In this document: piece by piece, positions 1 through 9,386 of the stretch
Position numbering within the stretch: position 1 is the stretch's first letter
Layout of the letters: each line of letters opens with the position of its first letter
From: Shigella phage SP18
Length of the DNA stretch: 64,000 nucleotides
Sequence record: GQ981382
Direction: 5' to 3' (one strand)
Made by a program: the position numbers and the translations under genes
Notes under the pieces: model-generated
The model's database searches: none
Told to the model about the DNA's origin: nothing
Seen by the model: only the letters and a program-made list of their open reading frames with translations

Positions 1-164
1 CAAAGGTAACCGCTTCAAGGAACGTAGATTTACCCGCGCCATTCTTACCGGTGACCAGAGTTTTTTGGACTTTATCCAGTTCAACAGTAATCGGTTGAGC
101 ACCAACCGACATAATATTTTTATAGATAACTTTCTTAAGCTTAAAAGTCTTCATCGTAATAAGC
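1..164 (-). CDS. 46: Recombination endonuclease subunit gp46 (SbcC/Rad50-like ATPase), N-terminal fragment; gene continues past window start
   Basis: Minus-strand ATG at 164; translation MKTFKLKKVIYKNIMSVGAQPITVELDKVQKTLVTGKNGAGKSTFLEAV with Walker A GKNGAGKST, matches recalled T4 gp46 N-terminus. Confidence 0.9.
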
Positions 165-404
165 ATCCTTGATACATGATTCAGCCATATGGATTAATGT
201 CTCTGGAGTATCATCTTCCATTACATTAAAGCTAAATTCCACGGCCCAATCGGTGACTACATAGACTTTGATAAGTTGACCAGTTTCCCGGTCAGTGATA
301 GCTTCAAACCAATACTTAATAGTATTCGGTTGATTATCGTCGTCAACCACATCACATTCGCGGATATGCTCAAGCCCCGCTTCATTAAAATCATAAAGTC
401 TCAT
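141..404 (-). CDS. Hypothetical protein between 47 and 46 (46.1-like position)
   Basis: 87-aa ORF, co-directional, abuts gp47 stop and overlaps gp46 start. Confidence 0.5.
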   Translation of the reverse strand: MRLYDFNEAGLEHIRECDVVDDDNQPNTIKYWFEAITDRETGQLIKVYVVTDWAVEFSFNVMEDDTPETLIHMAESCIKDAYYDEDF

Positions 405-1447
405 GGTTGCACCTCAAGATATAATTTGTTGGCCAATGCTTTGAGAGCTTTTGATTCTTTCTCATTGGCGTCAGGTAATGCATCGATATATTCTGCCATC
501 ATATCTGTTAAGCGTTTTATGTCTAACTCTTCATCAGAGTCTGACGTATCAACACTGTTATCAACCTTATTGACAACACGCAATTCGTGCACACGCTTTT
601 CTAATTCAGATTCGAACTTGGTCAGGTCTTTATCGACTTTTTCTACAATAACACGGACCGATAAGTCTTTGAAGTCGTCGTAGTTAATAGTTTCGTTTGG
701 ATAGAAAATCTTCCGATGCCAGGTGGTTTCATTCGGAATAAATTTCATCTCTTCGGTTTCGGTATCAAATTCCCAGAACCCGCGTGGGTCGTTCTCATCA
801 CCTGCTGTTAATGTCCATGGTGTTCCTATGTACTTAACGTTTGCAGCTTCTGAAATGGTATGGAAGTGACCAGACCAAACTTGCTTGTACTTCTTAAGGA
901 AATCAGGCTCAAGTCCGTGGGATTTCAATCCTTTATAGAAATAAAACCCGGTTAATTCCCAGTGACCGATGCAATATTCAGCACCAGAAGTTTTGATATG
1001 TTGGTGAATGTCAGTTGCGTTCTCGTCACACATCCATGGAATCATATCAATCTGACAACCGTCAAAATCAACAGTCGTTGGCTTATCGTAGATTTTAACA
1101 TGGTCATACTTATTCAGGAGTTCAGTGATAGCATTAGGATGAATCTTATTCTTCAGATTCATGTCATGGTTCCCGACTATCGTGTGCATAGTAATTCCTG
1201 CTTCACGAAGGAGTTCCATAATCTCACGGCTGAATTCCATCGTCTTATGCGTTACGGCCTTACGGACGTCAAAAATATCGCCATATTGAATCCAGACTTT
1301 AATCCCATTCGCTTTGGAATATGCAATCGCCTGTAAAATACCATCGCGTTGAATGTTTTGAGCCCATGGGTCGTCAGCTTTGACACCTAAGTGCCAATCA
1401 CCTAAATTTAAAATTTTCATAAGCCAAGCACCGTTATCGCAATGCAA
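401..1447 (-). CDS. 47: Recombination endonuclease subunit gp47 (SbcD/Mre11-like phosphoesterase)
   Basis: 348-aa ORF; N-terminus LGDWHLG and GDIFD, internal GNHD metallophosphoesterase motifs; synteny with 46. Confidence 0.92.
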   Translation of the reverse strand: MHCDNGAWLMKILNLGDWHLGVKADDPWAQNIQRDGILQAIAYSKANGIKVWIQYGDIFDVRKAVTHKTMEFSREIMELLREAGITMHTIVGNHDMNLKNKIHPNAITELLNKYDHVKIYDKPTTVDFDGCQIDMIPWMCDENATDIHQHIKTSGAEYCIGHWELTGFYFYKGLKSHGLEPDFLKKYKQVWSGHFHTISEAANVKYIGTPWTLTAGDENDPRGFWEFDTETEEMKFIPNETTWHRKIFYPNETINYDDFKDLSVRVIVEKVDKDLTKFESELEKRVHELRVVNKVDNSVDTSDSDEELDIKRLTDMMAEYIDALPDANEKESKALKALANKLYLEVQP

Positions 1448-1603
1448 AATAAAATTATTGAAATGAACCCGTCAGGAGTGGAAAAGAATCCTATCCAACA
1501 AGCTCGTGTGAATGTATAGAATGCCATGAATAGCACGACATATCCTAAAAATAATTCCATATGTTCTCCTCAGTTGGTTCATTTTATCATCCCGAATATA
1601 AAG

Positions 1604-1628
1604 CAAAAAAGGAAGCACTAGGCTTCCT
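1604..1628 (-). terminator. Rho-independent terminator (minus sense)
   Basis: Hairpin ggaagc-actag-gcttcc; plus-strand A-run 1604-1610 gives U-run after stem in minus sense. Confidence 0.5.
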
Positions 1629-1791
1629 TTCCAATTAATACACCGTACAGAGGTTCGTGAGAAGACCTGAACTTGATAGGCTTATAGGTAATAGTACCTT
1701 CATTTTCTGCTTTAATGCGAGCGGCTTCAAATTGAAGTATCATCTCATTTTTGTCAGATTTAATCTTATCAAAATCCGTCGAATTCGTCAT
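1618..1791 (-). CDS. Small hypothetical protein (about 57 aa)
   Basis: Hand-translated minus ORF MTNSTDFDKIKSDKNEM... ending inside the terminator hairpin; below ORF-track size cutoff. Confidence 0.3.
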   Translation of the reverse strand: MTNSTDFDKIKSDKNEMILQFEAARIKAENEGTITYKPIKFRSSHEPLYGVLIGKEA

Positions 1792-1947
1792 TCATACAGC
1801 CTCTTAAAAATCAGGATGTTCGTCTTGAAATATATTACCCAATCGTTTTAATTCATCAGAAGTAAGAATATCTACATCATCAATAGCCATAATATGCCTC
1901 TTAAACTTTTTCGTATTCGTCTTTCATTAGCCAACCTGTCCATGTTA

Positions 1948-2148
1948 TCATCTCTGCCACCACTTCTTAAGTTGATGAGAATCAACCCAAACCTTGGCTA
2001 CAGGCTCAATCTTAAAAATACCATCAGAATATTGGCCCATCATTTTGTATTCGGTTTCGGTCTGCTTAATACAGATATTACCGTATGAGCGAAGTCTGAA
2101 AGCGGCTCCAATAAGAAGCCGTTTAAAAGGTTTATTTACTAATGCCAT
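1948..2148 (-). CDS. Hypothetical protein (66 aa)
   Basis: ORF track; co-directional with flanking genes. Confidence 0.3.
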   Translation of the reverse strand: MALVNKPFKRLLIGAAFRLRSYGNICIKQTETEYKMMGQYSDGIFKIEPVAKVWVDSHQLKKWWQR

Positions 2149-2443
2149 TTACGATTTCCCAAATTTGTTTGCGAGTAGAATCCCACATCAACTTAATCAG
2201 GTCTTCCGTAACGGGTTGGCGGTAAATCCCACGCAGTTTAACTAAAGCGTATTTGTATGCTTCAAAATTGTTTTCCAGCACTGCGCCTTGAGCATGCTTA
2301 TTCAGTCGTGCAATTTCACGAGCATTCTTTTTCAGAATCTTCGCTGCTTGACTGGTTGCTTCAAGTGCGTTCGCTTCTTCGAGACGTTCCTGTGCTTCTT
2401 CAATCTGCTTATCGGTCAGTTGAGAAATATCTGGAGCTTGCAT
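2132..2443 (-). CDS. Hypothetical protein (103 aa)
   Basis: ORF in the 47-55 interval where T4 carries a-gt; no recognisable motif. Confidence 0.5.
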   Translation of the reverse strand: MQAPDISQLTDKQIEEAQERLEEANALEATSQAAKILKKNAREIARLNKHAQGAVLENNFEAYKYALVKLRGIYRQPVTEDLIKLMWDSTRKQIWEIVNGISK

Positions 2444-2444
2444 A

Positions 2445-2696
2445 TTAATCCTTGGGAGTTAACTCAATTGTAAAATATAGATTAGCATTATCCACATGAT
2501 AACGGTAATCAACGTTATTATCCGGTGAAGTAAATTCCAGATTCCGGACGTTTAAAGGGTCGATATCAATTGGAAGACCTTTTATGTCTCGCAGATAAAG
2601 TTTAATGAAATATGGGAGCGCAGTAAAGTCTTCCTCGATTTTATCTAAAAAATCGGTAATATCAAATTGATGTTTCATATAAAAAATCCAAATCAC
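2445..2696 (-). CDS. Hypothetical protein (83 aa)
   Basis: ORF immediately downstream of gene 55. Confidence 0.5.
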   Translation of the reverse strand: MIWIFYMKHQFDITDFLDKIEEDFTALPYFIKLYLRDIKGLPIDIDPLNVRNLEFTSPDNNVDYRYHVDNANLYFTIELTPKD

Positions 2697-3219
2697 CTTC
2701 TTTATCTTTGGCGCTCTTATCAGACCCTGGCGCTTTAACTAAAGAGGATTCGTACTGTGTCATTTTGTCATAGATGTCCTGGATAAATGTTTCATCAGCC
2801 AGAGCCACCATATCGTCATCACGTGAATCGTATACGTTATGGACGAAGTAGCTATATTTCTTTGCCATTTCTTTACGTTCTTTTTTGATACGCTGAACGA
2901 AAGCATTGAAGCAAGCCATTGTTATGTAAGCATGTGGATTATCGTATTTTGTTTCGTCGAAGTTGTGAAGACCTTTTATTGCGGCCTCAATTCCGTCTGC
3001 TATCATTTCTTGCTTCCAGGATTGGGTATATCCGGAGAAGTTGAAACGTTTGCTAAGACCTTCGGCTATAAGCATAATCGCCAGACCAATAACATCGTTC
3101 TGGCGAATAATTTTGTTCGGGTCGGTGTTCGCATTCAGCTTCTGTTTCCACTCCGAAATAGCTTTCAAAAGCTCTTTATTATTTACATAGTTATTCTTGG
3201 TTAATTTAATTTCGTTCAT
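2662..3219 (-). CDS. 55: Late-transcription sigma factor gp55
   Basis: 185 aa; [45 protein letters not shown] and [20 protein letters not shown] match recalled T4 gp55. Confidence 0.93.
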   Translation of the reverse strand: MNEIKLTKNNYVNNKELLKAISEWKQKLNANTDPNKIIRQNDVIGLAIMLIAEGLSKRFNFSGYTQSWKQEMIADGIEAAIKGLHNFDETKYDNPHAYITMACFNAFVQRIKKERKEMAKKYSYFVHNVYDSRDDDMVALADETFIQDIYDKMTQYESSLVKAPGSDKSAKDKEGDLDFLYETSI

Positions 3220-3267
3220 ATCGCCTCACTTAGTATATGAATATTATATCATCCTTAATACAAAGCA

Positions 3268-3534
3268 TTAGCGAAGTAAACAGTACGCCTGAAAGACCTT
3301 CTCCATAATTGCCTTAAATTCATGGATGTCAATATAAGGGATAACCTCGGCATCACTAATGAATTCCATCAGACGGTCATGCTCGTTGCGGTATTGTCCT
3401 TCATTCAACATGCCGATATGGGACTCCCACGAGCCATACCCTTCTACGTGTGGGAAGAATGTTATTTTCATGAATTCATCCACCCAAAACGTTCCCAGGT
3501 CCTGGATGGATATCATTGTATGATTGATGTGCAT
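3268..3534 (-). CDS. Hypothetical protein (88 aa)
   Basis: ORF track; tightly packed co-directional early array. Confidence 0.45.
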   Translation of the reverse strand: MHINHTMISIQDLGTFWVDEFMKITFFPHVEGYGSWESHIGMLNEGQYRNEHDRLMEFISDAEVIPYIDIHEFKAIMEKVFQAYCLLR

Positions 3535-3821
3535 CAGTACACCAATTGAGCAGCTTCTAAAACATCATCAAGCTTATCAAACTGGTCAATATAATCAATC
3601 CCACCAACTTCATCTTTAGCATACAACCAATATTGGTGGAATTCATATTCAATAATAAAGTGGTCACCTTCAATCTGGAGAACCCCATCACCATTAAATT
3701 GAACTGCATAACCCGTAAAGCGGACATCATTCAGGAGTTCTTCTTTCATAGTAATCATTTCCAAGTTTTTATCGTAATTAGAGAGTTTTATTTTAATCAT
3801 TAAGATAATCCTCAAATTCAT
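3534..3821 (-). CDS. Hypothetical protein (95 aa)
   Basis: ORF track; stop/start junction with neighbour. Confidence 0.45.
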   Translation of the reverse strand: MNLRIILMIKIKLSNYDKNLEMITMKEELLNDVRFTGYAVQFNGDGVLQIEGDHFIIEYEFHQYWLYAKDEVGGIDYIDQFDKLDDVLEAAQLVY

Positions 3822-4047
3822 TTAATGTCATACCTTCGTTCCATGCTGTTTTCAGGTGCGGCATTCTGTTATACGTCGGCTCCGAGCTTATAGGAAATAT
3901 CCTGAAATCGCGATTACTTCCACCAAGCATATTGGCAGCTTTTATAATAGTTTCACTTTTATTCATTATAGTTGTACGTTGAACACCATGAATAAATGGA
4001 CCTTTAAAAACAATTATGGCTGATACACCTTCTGGTAAATTATTCAT
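3793..4047 (-). CDS. Hypothetical protein (84 aa)
   Basis: ORF track. Confidence 0.45.
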   Translation of the reverse strand: MNNLPEGVSAIIVFKGPFIHGVQRTTIMNKSETIIKAANMLGGSNRDFRIFPISSEPTYNRMPHLKTAWNEGMTLNEFEDYLND

Positions 4048-4370
4048 TTCGCACCCTTAATAATTTTCAGGTCAACAAAACCTTTCTTGCGCTGGGAATT
4101 CATACGCTTGATAGCTTTATCAGAAACTTCTTTGTTTTCACGCGGAAGCGGCAGACCAAACGCTACTACATCAAATTCATTCAGGATATACTGGACAAGG
4201 CTTTCACGAATACGCGCTTTACCCATTGTCTGACCTTCTGCAATAATCAACTTCTGTACATCGCCTTCCCACTGGTCCAGAATCTCAGGGGTAACGAAAC
4301 CAGATTTCATCAGAGTGTTAACTTTAGCAAATGCGAAATTAGTGATGATGTTAGTGATAGATGCAGTCAT
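4044..4370 (-). CDS. Hypothetical protein (108 aa)
   Basis: ORF track; hairpin-promoter cassette immediately upstream. Confidence 0.5.
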   Translation of the reverse strand: MTASITNIITNFAFAKVNTLMKSGFVTPEILDQWEGDVQKLIIAEGQTMGKARIRESLVQYILNEFDVVAFGLPLPRENKEVSDKAIKRMNSQRKKGFVDLKIIKGAK

Positions 4371-4403
4371 GATATATTCCTCAGTCTCATTAAATTAAAA
4401 TTT

Positions 4404-4440
4404 TATTATCCTAGGGTCATTATACCATGACCCCGTTGGT
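4404..4440 (-). promoter_or_regulatory. Early-promoter/stem-loop cassette (PeSL-like)
   Basis: Inverted repeat gggtcat/atgaccc whose loop carries minus-sense TATAAT; sits upstream of the 4370 start. Confidence 0.4.
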
Positions 4441-4442
4441 TT

Positions 4443-4688
4443 TTACTGCGCTTTAGCGCCTTTCCAGCCTTCGTACATCATTGCAACGGATAAAAGCAAT
4501 GCGCCTTCGCATGCAGCATACTTATTATTCCAAAACCAGTTCAGAAAAACTTCATCCTCAATGCCAGAGTGTTTCATGTTCTGGAAAAATTTGGCACGTT
4601 CTTCTGCAATACGTTGTGACAATTTAGATTGTGGATTCATTTTAAATTTTCCAGTTACCGTTTTCATCAATAAATTCAATCCAGTCAT
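4443..4688 (-). CDS. Hypothetical protein (81 aa)
   Basis: ORF track. Confidence 0.45.
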   Translation of the reverse strand: MTGLNLLMKTVTGKFKMNPQSKLSQRIAEERAKFFQNMKHSGIEDEVFLNWFWNNKYAACEGALLLSVAMMYEGWKGAKAQ

Positions 4689-4866
4689 TTACTGACCACT
4701 TGGTTGTATCGCCTTTTGGAGCAGAATTTAAAGCGTATAATCCTTGTTTAAAAAGCATTCGTTTGATATTCATGTTTTCCTCAGCTGTAACGATAGCACT
4801 CGTTTGATTTACGTTTTGCAACACGGTGAGAAGTATTATAATCAAAATCATCCTCAACGTATACAT
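4642..4866 (-). CDS. Hypothetical small protein with hydrophobic N-terminus; start uncertain (overlaps upstream ORF)
   Basis: ORF track; N-terminal LRMILIIILLTVL; possible internal start near 4773. Confidence 0.35.
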   Translation of the reverse strand: MYTLRMILIIILLTVLQNVNQTSAIVTAEENMNIKRMLFKQGLYALNSAPKGDTTKWSVNDWIEFIDENGNWKI

Positions 4867-5074
4867 CTTTTTTCAACTGACGAACTTCTTTACGCAGTTG
4901 ACGATTCATCTCATTCTTGACTTCTGAATCAACGCCACGCATACGCTTCCATTTGTCTGAACGGAAGATATTTTCTTCAACTTGTTCCTGACTTACACCA
5001 TCAGGCGCCTGACGACGCCCTGAATAATAAAAATCTTTTACAGACAATTCTTTGCGACGAATAGTTTTACCCAT
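4781..5074 (-). CDS. Hypothetical basic protein (97 aa)
   Basis: ORF track; Lys/Arg-rich. Confidence 0.4.
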   Translation of the reverse strand: MGKTIRRKELSVKDFYYSGRRQAPDGVSQEQVEENIFRSDKWKRMRGVDSEVKNEMNRQLRKEVRQLKKDVYVEDDFDYNTSHRVAKRKSNECYRYS

Positions 5075-5076
5075 AG

Positions 5077-5331
5077 TTACCTCAGCAGTTTGTATCCAAT
5101 AAGCTTTTTAATGTACTGGATATCTTTGACATCCAAATCCAACTTAAGGTCTTTCAGACGGTCACCCAGGGTCAAAAAGGTTACATGTTTCCAATTCTTC
5201 ACTGAGCAACAATAAGTCTTAGGCCCATTTGCAATTTCAATATTTTTATCTGTGACGGTGATAAAAATCAAACGTTCATCATCAAGATTAAGGGTGGCGA
5301 CATTTTTCATTGAATGTAATTTCAGGCTCAT
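5077..5331 (-). CDS. Hypothetical protein (84 aa)
   Basis: ORF track. Confidence 0.45.
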   Translation of the reverse strand: MSLKLHSMKNVATLNLDDERLIFITVTDKNIEIANGPKTYCCSVKNWKHVTFLTLGDRLKDLKLDLDVKDIQYIKKLIGYKLLR

Positions 5332-5510
5332 AATTTAGGTCCTTTTGCAACTGTATTGAACAAGCTACGGTCACACACCATCAACGGAGCATCAGGCCAT
5401 TTCAAAGGACGATACCATACATCTTGGTCCGTCACTTTGGTTACTTGCACAGGATAGCCATTTACTGAATAATACTGGTCGGCTTTAATTTCTTTATCTT
5501 CAATAACCAT
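5328..5510 (-). CDS. Hypothetical small protein; ATG start at 5510 preferred over the TTG-initiated track start at 5588
   Basis: GAGGAAAACAAA-ATG ribosome site; the longer track ORF begins with TTG and runs through the upstream promoter cassette. Confidence 0.4.
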   Translation of the reverse strand: MVIEDKEIKADQYYSVNGYPVQVTKVTDQDVWYRPLKWPDAPLMVCDRSLFNTVAKGPKL

Positions 5511-5570
5511 TTTGTTTTCCTCATCAGTAGTTGATGGGATAATGATACACCGTTCAAAGGGGCTTGTACA
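5511..5570 (-). promoter_or_regulatory. Early-promoter/stem-loop cassette (PeSL-like) plus gggg/cccc hairpin
   Basis: Shared core ctcatcagtagttgatgggataat and hairpin aaaggggcttgtacacccctttt. Confidence 0.4.
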
Positions 5571-5577
5571 CCCCTTT

Positions 5578-5895
5578 TTAATCTTCAATTAAGTCCTGGT
5601 CATACCCCAGGGATATCAGTTTTGTTTTAAAGGCAGGAATATTTGTCATTTTTTCATCATTGACAAAAATCACTGGGTAACGAATGTTAAGGGTAGGATA
5701 TCCAGCACGCTTAGCCAAAGACACGATTAATGGCCTGTCATAAGCGATTTCAGAGCCTTGTTTGTTAAGGACTGAATAGAATGTATAAGGAAGGTTTAAG
5801 GAGCCCAGAAGGCTCCTGACGTGCATACAACCTGGGCATCGACCGACTTCTTCGGGGATACCATAGATTTCAATCTTAGTCGAGTTTTGGTCCAC
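5578..5895 (-). CDS. Glutaredoxin/thioredoxin-fold protein (NrdH-like)
   Basis: 105 aa; CPGC redox motif near N-terminus; lies just upstream of nrdG/nrdD as NrdH does in T4. Confidence 0.5.
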   Translation of the reverse strand: MDQNSTKIEIYGIPEEVGRCPGCMHVRSLLGSLNLPYTFYSVLNKQGSEIAYDRPLIVSLAKRAGYPTLNIRYPVIFVNDEKMTNIPAFKTKLISLGYDQDLIED

Positions 5896-6175
5896 AGGAA
5901 ATCACTCCTTGGTAGTTCCAGGTTTTAATAACTTCTTCATCGCTGGCAGTTGCGTACGGGACATAAACCTGAATAAGGAAACCCGTGTCATCGAAAGAGA
6001 AATAAACCGTCGGTTTGATTCCATGAATCTCAGACAATGCATAGATGTCTTTAAGGTCTTCTTCCTTACCGACAAAGAATTCCGGGTCCAGGTCACAGTC
6101 GTGGAAGTACCATTCATCACCGAACTTGTCCCATGCGGTCCAATTAGTAGCTACATATTCTTCAAAACGTTTCAT
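5876..6175 (-). CDS. Hypothetical protein (99 aa)
   Basis: ORF track. Confidence 0.45.
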   Translation of the reverse strand: MKRFEEYVATNWTAWDKFGDEWYFHDCDLDPEFFVGKEEDLKDIYALSEIHGIKPTVYFSFDDTGFLIQVYVPYATASDEEVIKTWNYQGVISCGPKLD

Positions 6176-6411
6176 TCTTTCACCTTCAGCATTTTTGCAA
6201 TGGTACTATGAATAGTCTGGATTCTTTTGTTGAATTCAGAGCTTTCGAGGCCAGGATTGGTGCTTAACCAACCGATAATAACAAACAGCAAACCAAACGG
6301 GATAGCCAGAATAAGCAGACAAACGATGAACAACACAAGCGTTATGTTTGCCAGAATATCTGCTGTAGCATTACGAAATTTATTCATATTTACCCTTAAT
6401 TGATTAACCAA
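6172..6411 (-). CDS. Small membrane protein (79 aa)
   Basis: Hydrophobic stretch LVLFIVCLLILAIPFGLLFVIIGWL. Confidence 0.45.
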   Translation of the reverse strand: MVNQLRVNMNKFRNATADILANITLVLFIVCLLILAIPFGLLFVIIGWLSTNPGLESSEFNKRIQTIHSTIAKMLKVKE

Positions 6412-6501
6412 GCATTGATAAACACTAAACTATACTGCGAATAAAATTCTGGACCAAAACGAAAAATCATATCATTTATAGTATCCATAATGTAATTCAA
6501 T

Positions 6502-6972
6502 TTAATCATGTTTCCACACCCCATCGGTATTTGACCAAAGTCGCTGATTATCTGACCCTCGCCACAGTTTTTTGGTCGGAAGATTTTTCTCATACTTCCC
6601 ATCAATAATAACATCAACATATTTAAGCATTTCTAGTTGTTTAATATCTTCAAACTTATATCCCGTCCACATCCAAATGCTTTTATTGGGATAAAGATTT
6701 TTAATAGTTTGAACCACAGAGTGAATAACATCTCGGTTATCAGGATAGAGAGGGTCTCCTCCGGTTATAGTTAATCCTTCTATATAATCATTATTCAAAC
6801 ATTCAATTAATTGTTCTAGTGTTTTACCAGTAAATGGAACACCATTTCTAGCATTCCATGTTGATTTATTATAACACCCTTCGCATTTATGCAAACAACC
6901 TGTAACGAAAAGAACGACCCTACAACCAGGGCCATTCACAAAATCACAAGGATAAATTCTATCATAATTCAT
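6502..6972 (-). CDS. nrdG: Anaerobic ribonucleotide reductase activating protein NrdG (radical SAM)
   Basis: 156 aa; CxxxCxxC-type cluster CLHKCEGCYN; directly downstream of nrdD. Confidence 0.88.
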   Translation of the reverse strand: MNYDRIYPCDFVNGPGCRVVLFVTGCLHKCEGCYNKSTWNARNGVPFTGKTLEQLIECLNNDYIEGLTITGGDPLYPDNRDVIHSVVQTIKNLYPNKSIWMWTGYKFEDIKQLEMLKYVDVIIDGKYEKNLPTKKLWRGSDNQRLWSNTDGVWKHD

Positions 6973-8786
6973 TGATGTTTAACCCTATGCATGATTTCTT
7001 TATTTTTGCCGAGATTAAATCCACGTTCGTTCGGATTCCCCAAATAGCCGCATGTTCTTCTTATTGTGTTCATCTTTTTAGGGTCAGTTTCTCCACAAAT
7101 AGAACAAACAAATCCGTTTTCAGTAGGAGTCATTTCATGGGTACTTCCACACGTAAAACATTTATCTACTGGCATATTAACACCAAAATAATCTAAATGT
7201 TGTGCAGCATAATCCCATACAGCCTCAAGACCTTTTAAGTTATTTTTCATATCAGGAAGTTCAACATAAGAAATGTGACCACCTGTTGCAATGAAATGAT
7301 ACGGTGCTTCGCGAGAAATCTTTTCAAACGGAGTAATATTTTCTTCTACTGAAACGTGGAAACTATTAGTGTACCAGCCTTTATCAGTAACATCTTTTAC
7401 ACTTCCATATTTTTCGGTATCAAGTTTACAGAAGCGATAGCACAGGTTTTCAGCAGGAGTAGAATACAAACTAAAAGCAAATCCGGTTCTTTCAGTCCAC
7501 TGCTTAAGACGAGCATTCATTTTAGTCAAAATTTCTTGTCCAATATCACGACCGACAAGAATATTCAATTCGTGAATACCAATGTATCCTAAGGACACTG
7601 AACTTCTACCGTTTTTAAATAACTCAATTATATCGTCATCGGGTTTAAGACGAACCCCGAATGCACCTTCTTGATAAAGAATAGGAGCAACAGTCGCTTT
7701 AACTCCTTTTAAGGAACTAATTCTACACATCAAAGCTTCAAAACATAAATCCATTCGCTCATTGAACAATTCAGTAAATTTCTGTTCATTGAACTGTGTT
7801 CCAATATAAGAATCTAATGCAATGCGAGGAAGATTCAGTGTTACAACACCAAGATTATTACGTCCATCAAGAATTTCATTACCAGTCGAATCTTTCCATA
7901 CGCCCAAGAAACTACGACAACCCATTGGAGAAACAGGAATAGATGAACCAGTGATAGCTTTGTTATTCTTAGCTGAAATGATATCAGGATACATTCTTTT
8001 GCTTGCACACTCTAAAGCAAGCTGCTTAATATCATAGTTTGGGTCGTCTTTATAAAGATTAACACCTTCTTCAACGAACATAACAAGTTTAGGGAAAATA
8101 GGAGTTATCCCATCACGACCAAGACCTTTAATACGATTTTTCAGAATTGCTTTCTGAATCATTCGTTCGGTCCAGTCAGTTCCGGTACCAAATGTAATTG
8201 TCACAAAAGGAGTCTGACCATTTGAGCTAAAGAGAGTATTTACTTCATATTCATAAGCTTGGAATGCATCGTATACGTCTTTTTCTGTTTTAGATTGGGC
8301 ATAATTCAACGCATCAGTGATTTGCCATTTTTCCGCGTCCTCAATATGTTTCGCATAGGTACGTTTAACATAAGGAGAAAGTACTTTATCTACATTCGCA
8401 AAAGTCGTTCCGCCATATTGATGGGAAGCAACCTGCGCAGTAATTTGTGCCATAATTGCAGTAGCAACACTGATTGATTTAGGAGTTTCAATCTGTGCAT
8501 TACCGAGTTTAAATCCGTTCTCAAGCATTCCTTTTAAATCTACTAAACAGCAATTAGTAAATGGAAGAGCAGGGGAATAATCAATATCATGGAAATGAAT
8601 AATTCCGCTTTCATGTGCTTTCATAATAAAAGACGCGACCATATTTTTGGCAATATGTTTAGATACAATACCAGCCATAAGGTCACGTTGAGTTGGAAAA
8701 ACACGAGAATCTTTATTAGCATTCTCGTTTAAAAGGTCTTTATTAGTTTTATGAATCAATCCTTCAATTTCGTTTTCAATTGTCAT
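6969..8786 (-). CDS. nrdD: Anaerobic ribonucleoside-triphosphate reductase NrdD (class III)
   Basis: 605 aa, uninterrupted; C-terminal zinc ribbon CFTCGS...CSICG and glycyl-radical region RTCGYLG. Confidence 0.93.
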   Translation of the reverse strand: MTIENEIEGLIHKTNKDLLNENANKDSRVFPTQRDLMAGIVSKHIAKNMVASFIMKAHESGIIHFHDIDYSPALPFTNCCLVDLKGMLENGFKLGNAQIETPKSISVATAIMAQITAQVASHQYGGTTFANVDKVLSPYVKRTYAKHIEDAEKWQITDALNYAQSKTEKDVYDAFQAYEYEVNTLFSSNGQTPFVTITFGTGTDWTERMIQKAILKNRIKGLGRDGITPIFPKLVMFVEEGVNLYKDDPNYDIKQLALECASKRMYPDIISAKNNKAITGSSIPVSPMGCRSFLGVWKDSTGNEILDGRNNLGVVTLNLPRIALDSYIGTQFNEQKFTELFNERMDLCFEALMCRISSLKGVKATVAPILYQEGAFGVRLKPDDDIIELFKNGRSSVSLGYIGIHELNILVGRDIGQEILTKMNARLKQWTERTGFAFSLYSTPAENLCYRFCKLDTEKYGSVKDVTDKGWYTNSFHVSVEENITPFEKISREAPYHFIATGGHISYVELPDMKNNLKGLEAVWDYAAQHLDYFGVNMPVDKCFTCGSTHEMTPTENGFVCSICGETDPKKMNTIRRTCGYLGNPNERGFNLGKNKEIMHRVKHQ

Positions 8787-9256
8787 TTTAAACTCTTTCT
8801 AAGCTGCTTCTTAAATGAAGCCATTAATTGTGTTTTGGTGTCAGATTCATTATAAGTCATACCATTCAAAAGCATTTCCCGAATCATTTCTTCTTTTCCC
8901 AGGCGACCGAACTCTTTGGCTTTGTCTGTTACAAAATTGGGGTGAATATTGTTTTCGGTATAATCAGATTTCAGATAGACAAGCAAACTCTCTAACCATT
9001 CCAGGTAGTCAACATCGCGACTTTTTAGACCCGAACGGCTGAACTTATGCTTCATTTGTCCTTCTGTTCCATTGCACAGATTGCATAGTAACCCGCGAAC
9101 CTTACCGGCTTTTGGTCCGTTCAATTCGTGGTCATGGTCAAGATGGTTGGCCTGAACATCAGAGTCCAAATCACGGTGGCAAATTGGACACTTACCAGCT
9201 TGTGCATCATAAAGTTTTTGTTTTTCTTCTTTGTATAATTTGCCAGTCAACAACAT
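8783..9256 (-). CDS. 49: Endonuclease VII (Holliday junction resolvase) gp49
   Basis: 157 aa; near-identical to recalled T4 endo VII (MLLTGKLYKEEKQK..., HLDHDHELNGPKAGKVRGLLCNLCN, C-terminal KKQLRKSLK). Confidence 0.93.
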   Translation of the reverse strand: MLLTGKLYKEEKQKLYDAQAGKCPICHRDLDSDVQANHLDHDHELNGPKAGKVRGLLCNLCNGTEGQMKHKFSRSGLKSRDVDYLEWLESLLVYLKSDYTENNIHPNFVTDKAKEFGRLGKEEMIREMLLNGMTYNESDTKTQLMASFKKQLRKSLK

Positions 9257-9386
9257 AATAAAACCCTTACCATTATTAGATAAGGGTATTTATTAATATC
9301 CTAATAGTTTAGCAGTGCAACTTAGCACTAACAACAATCCGAATAAAGCAACTCCGGCCCAAAATACCGTAATAAGAGCATCCATA

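Noticed and set aside
276-1336. Plus-strand ORFs (276-683, 962-1336) inside genes 46.1 and 47
   Set aside because: They lie antisense within strongly supported minus-strand genes, have low-complexity composition and no ribosome site; treated as shadow ORFs.
6972-8477. Plus-strand ORFs antisense to nrdD (6972-7196, 7356-7592, 7822-8037, 8259-8477)
   Set aside because: Embedded antisense in a conserved enzyme gene; shadow ORFs.
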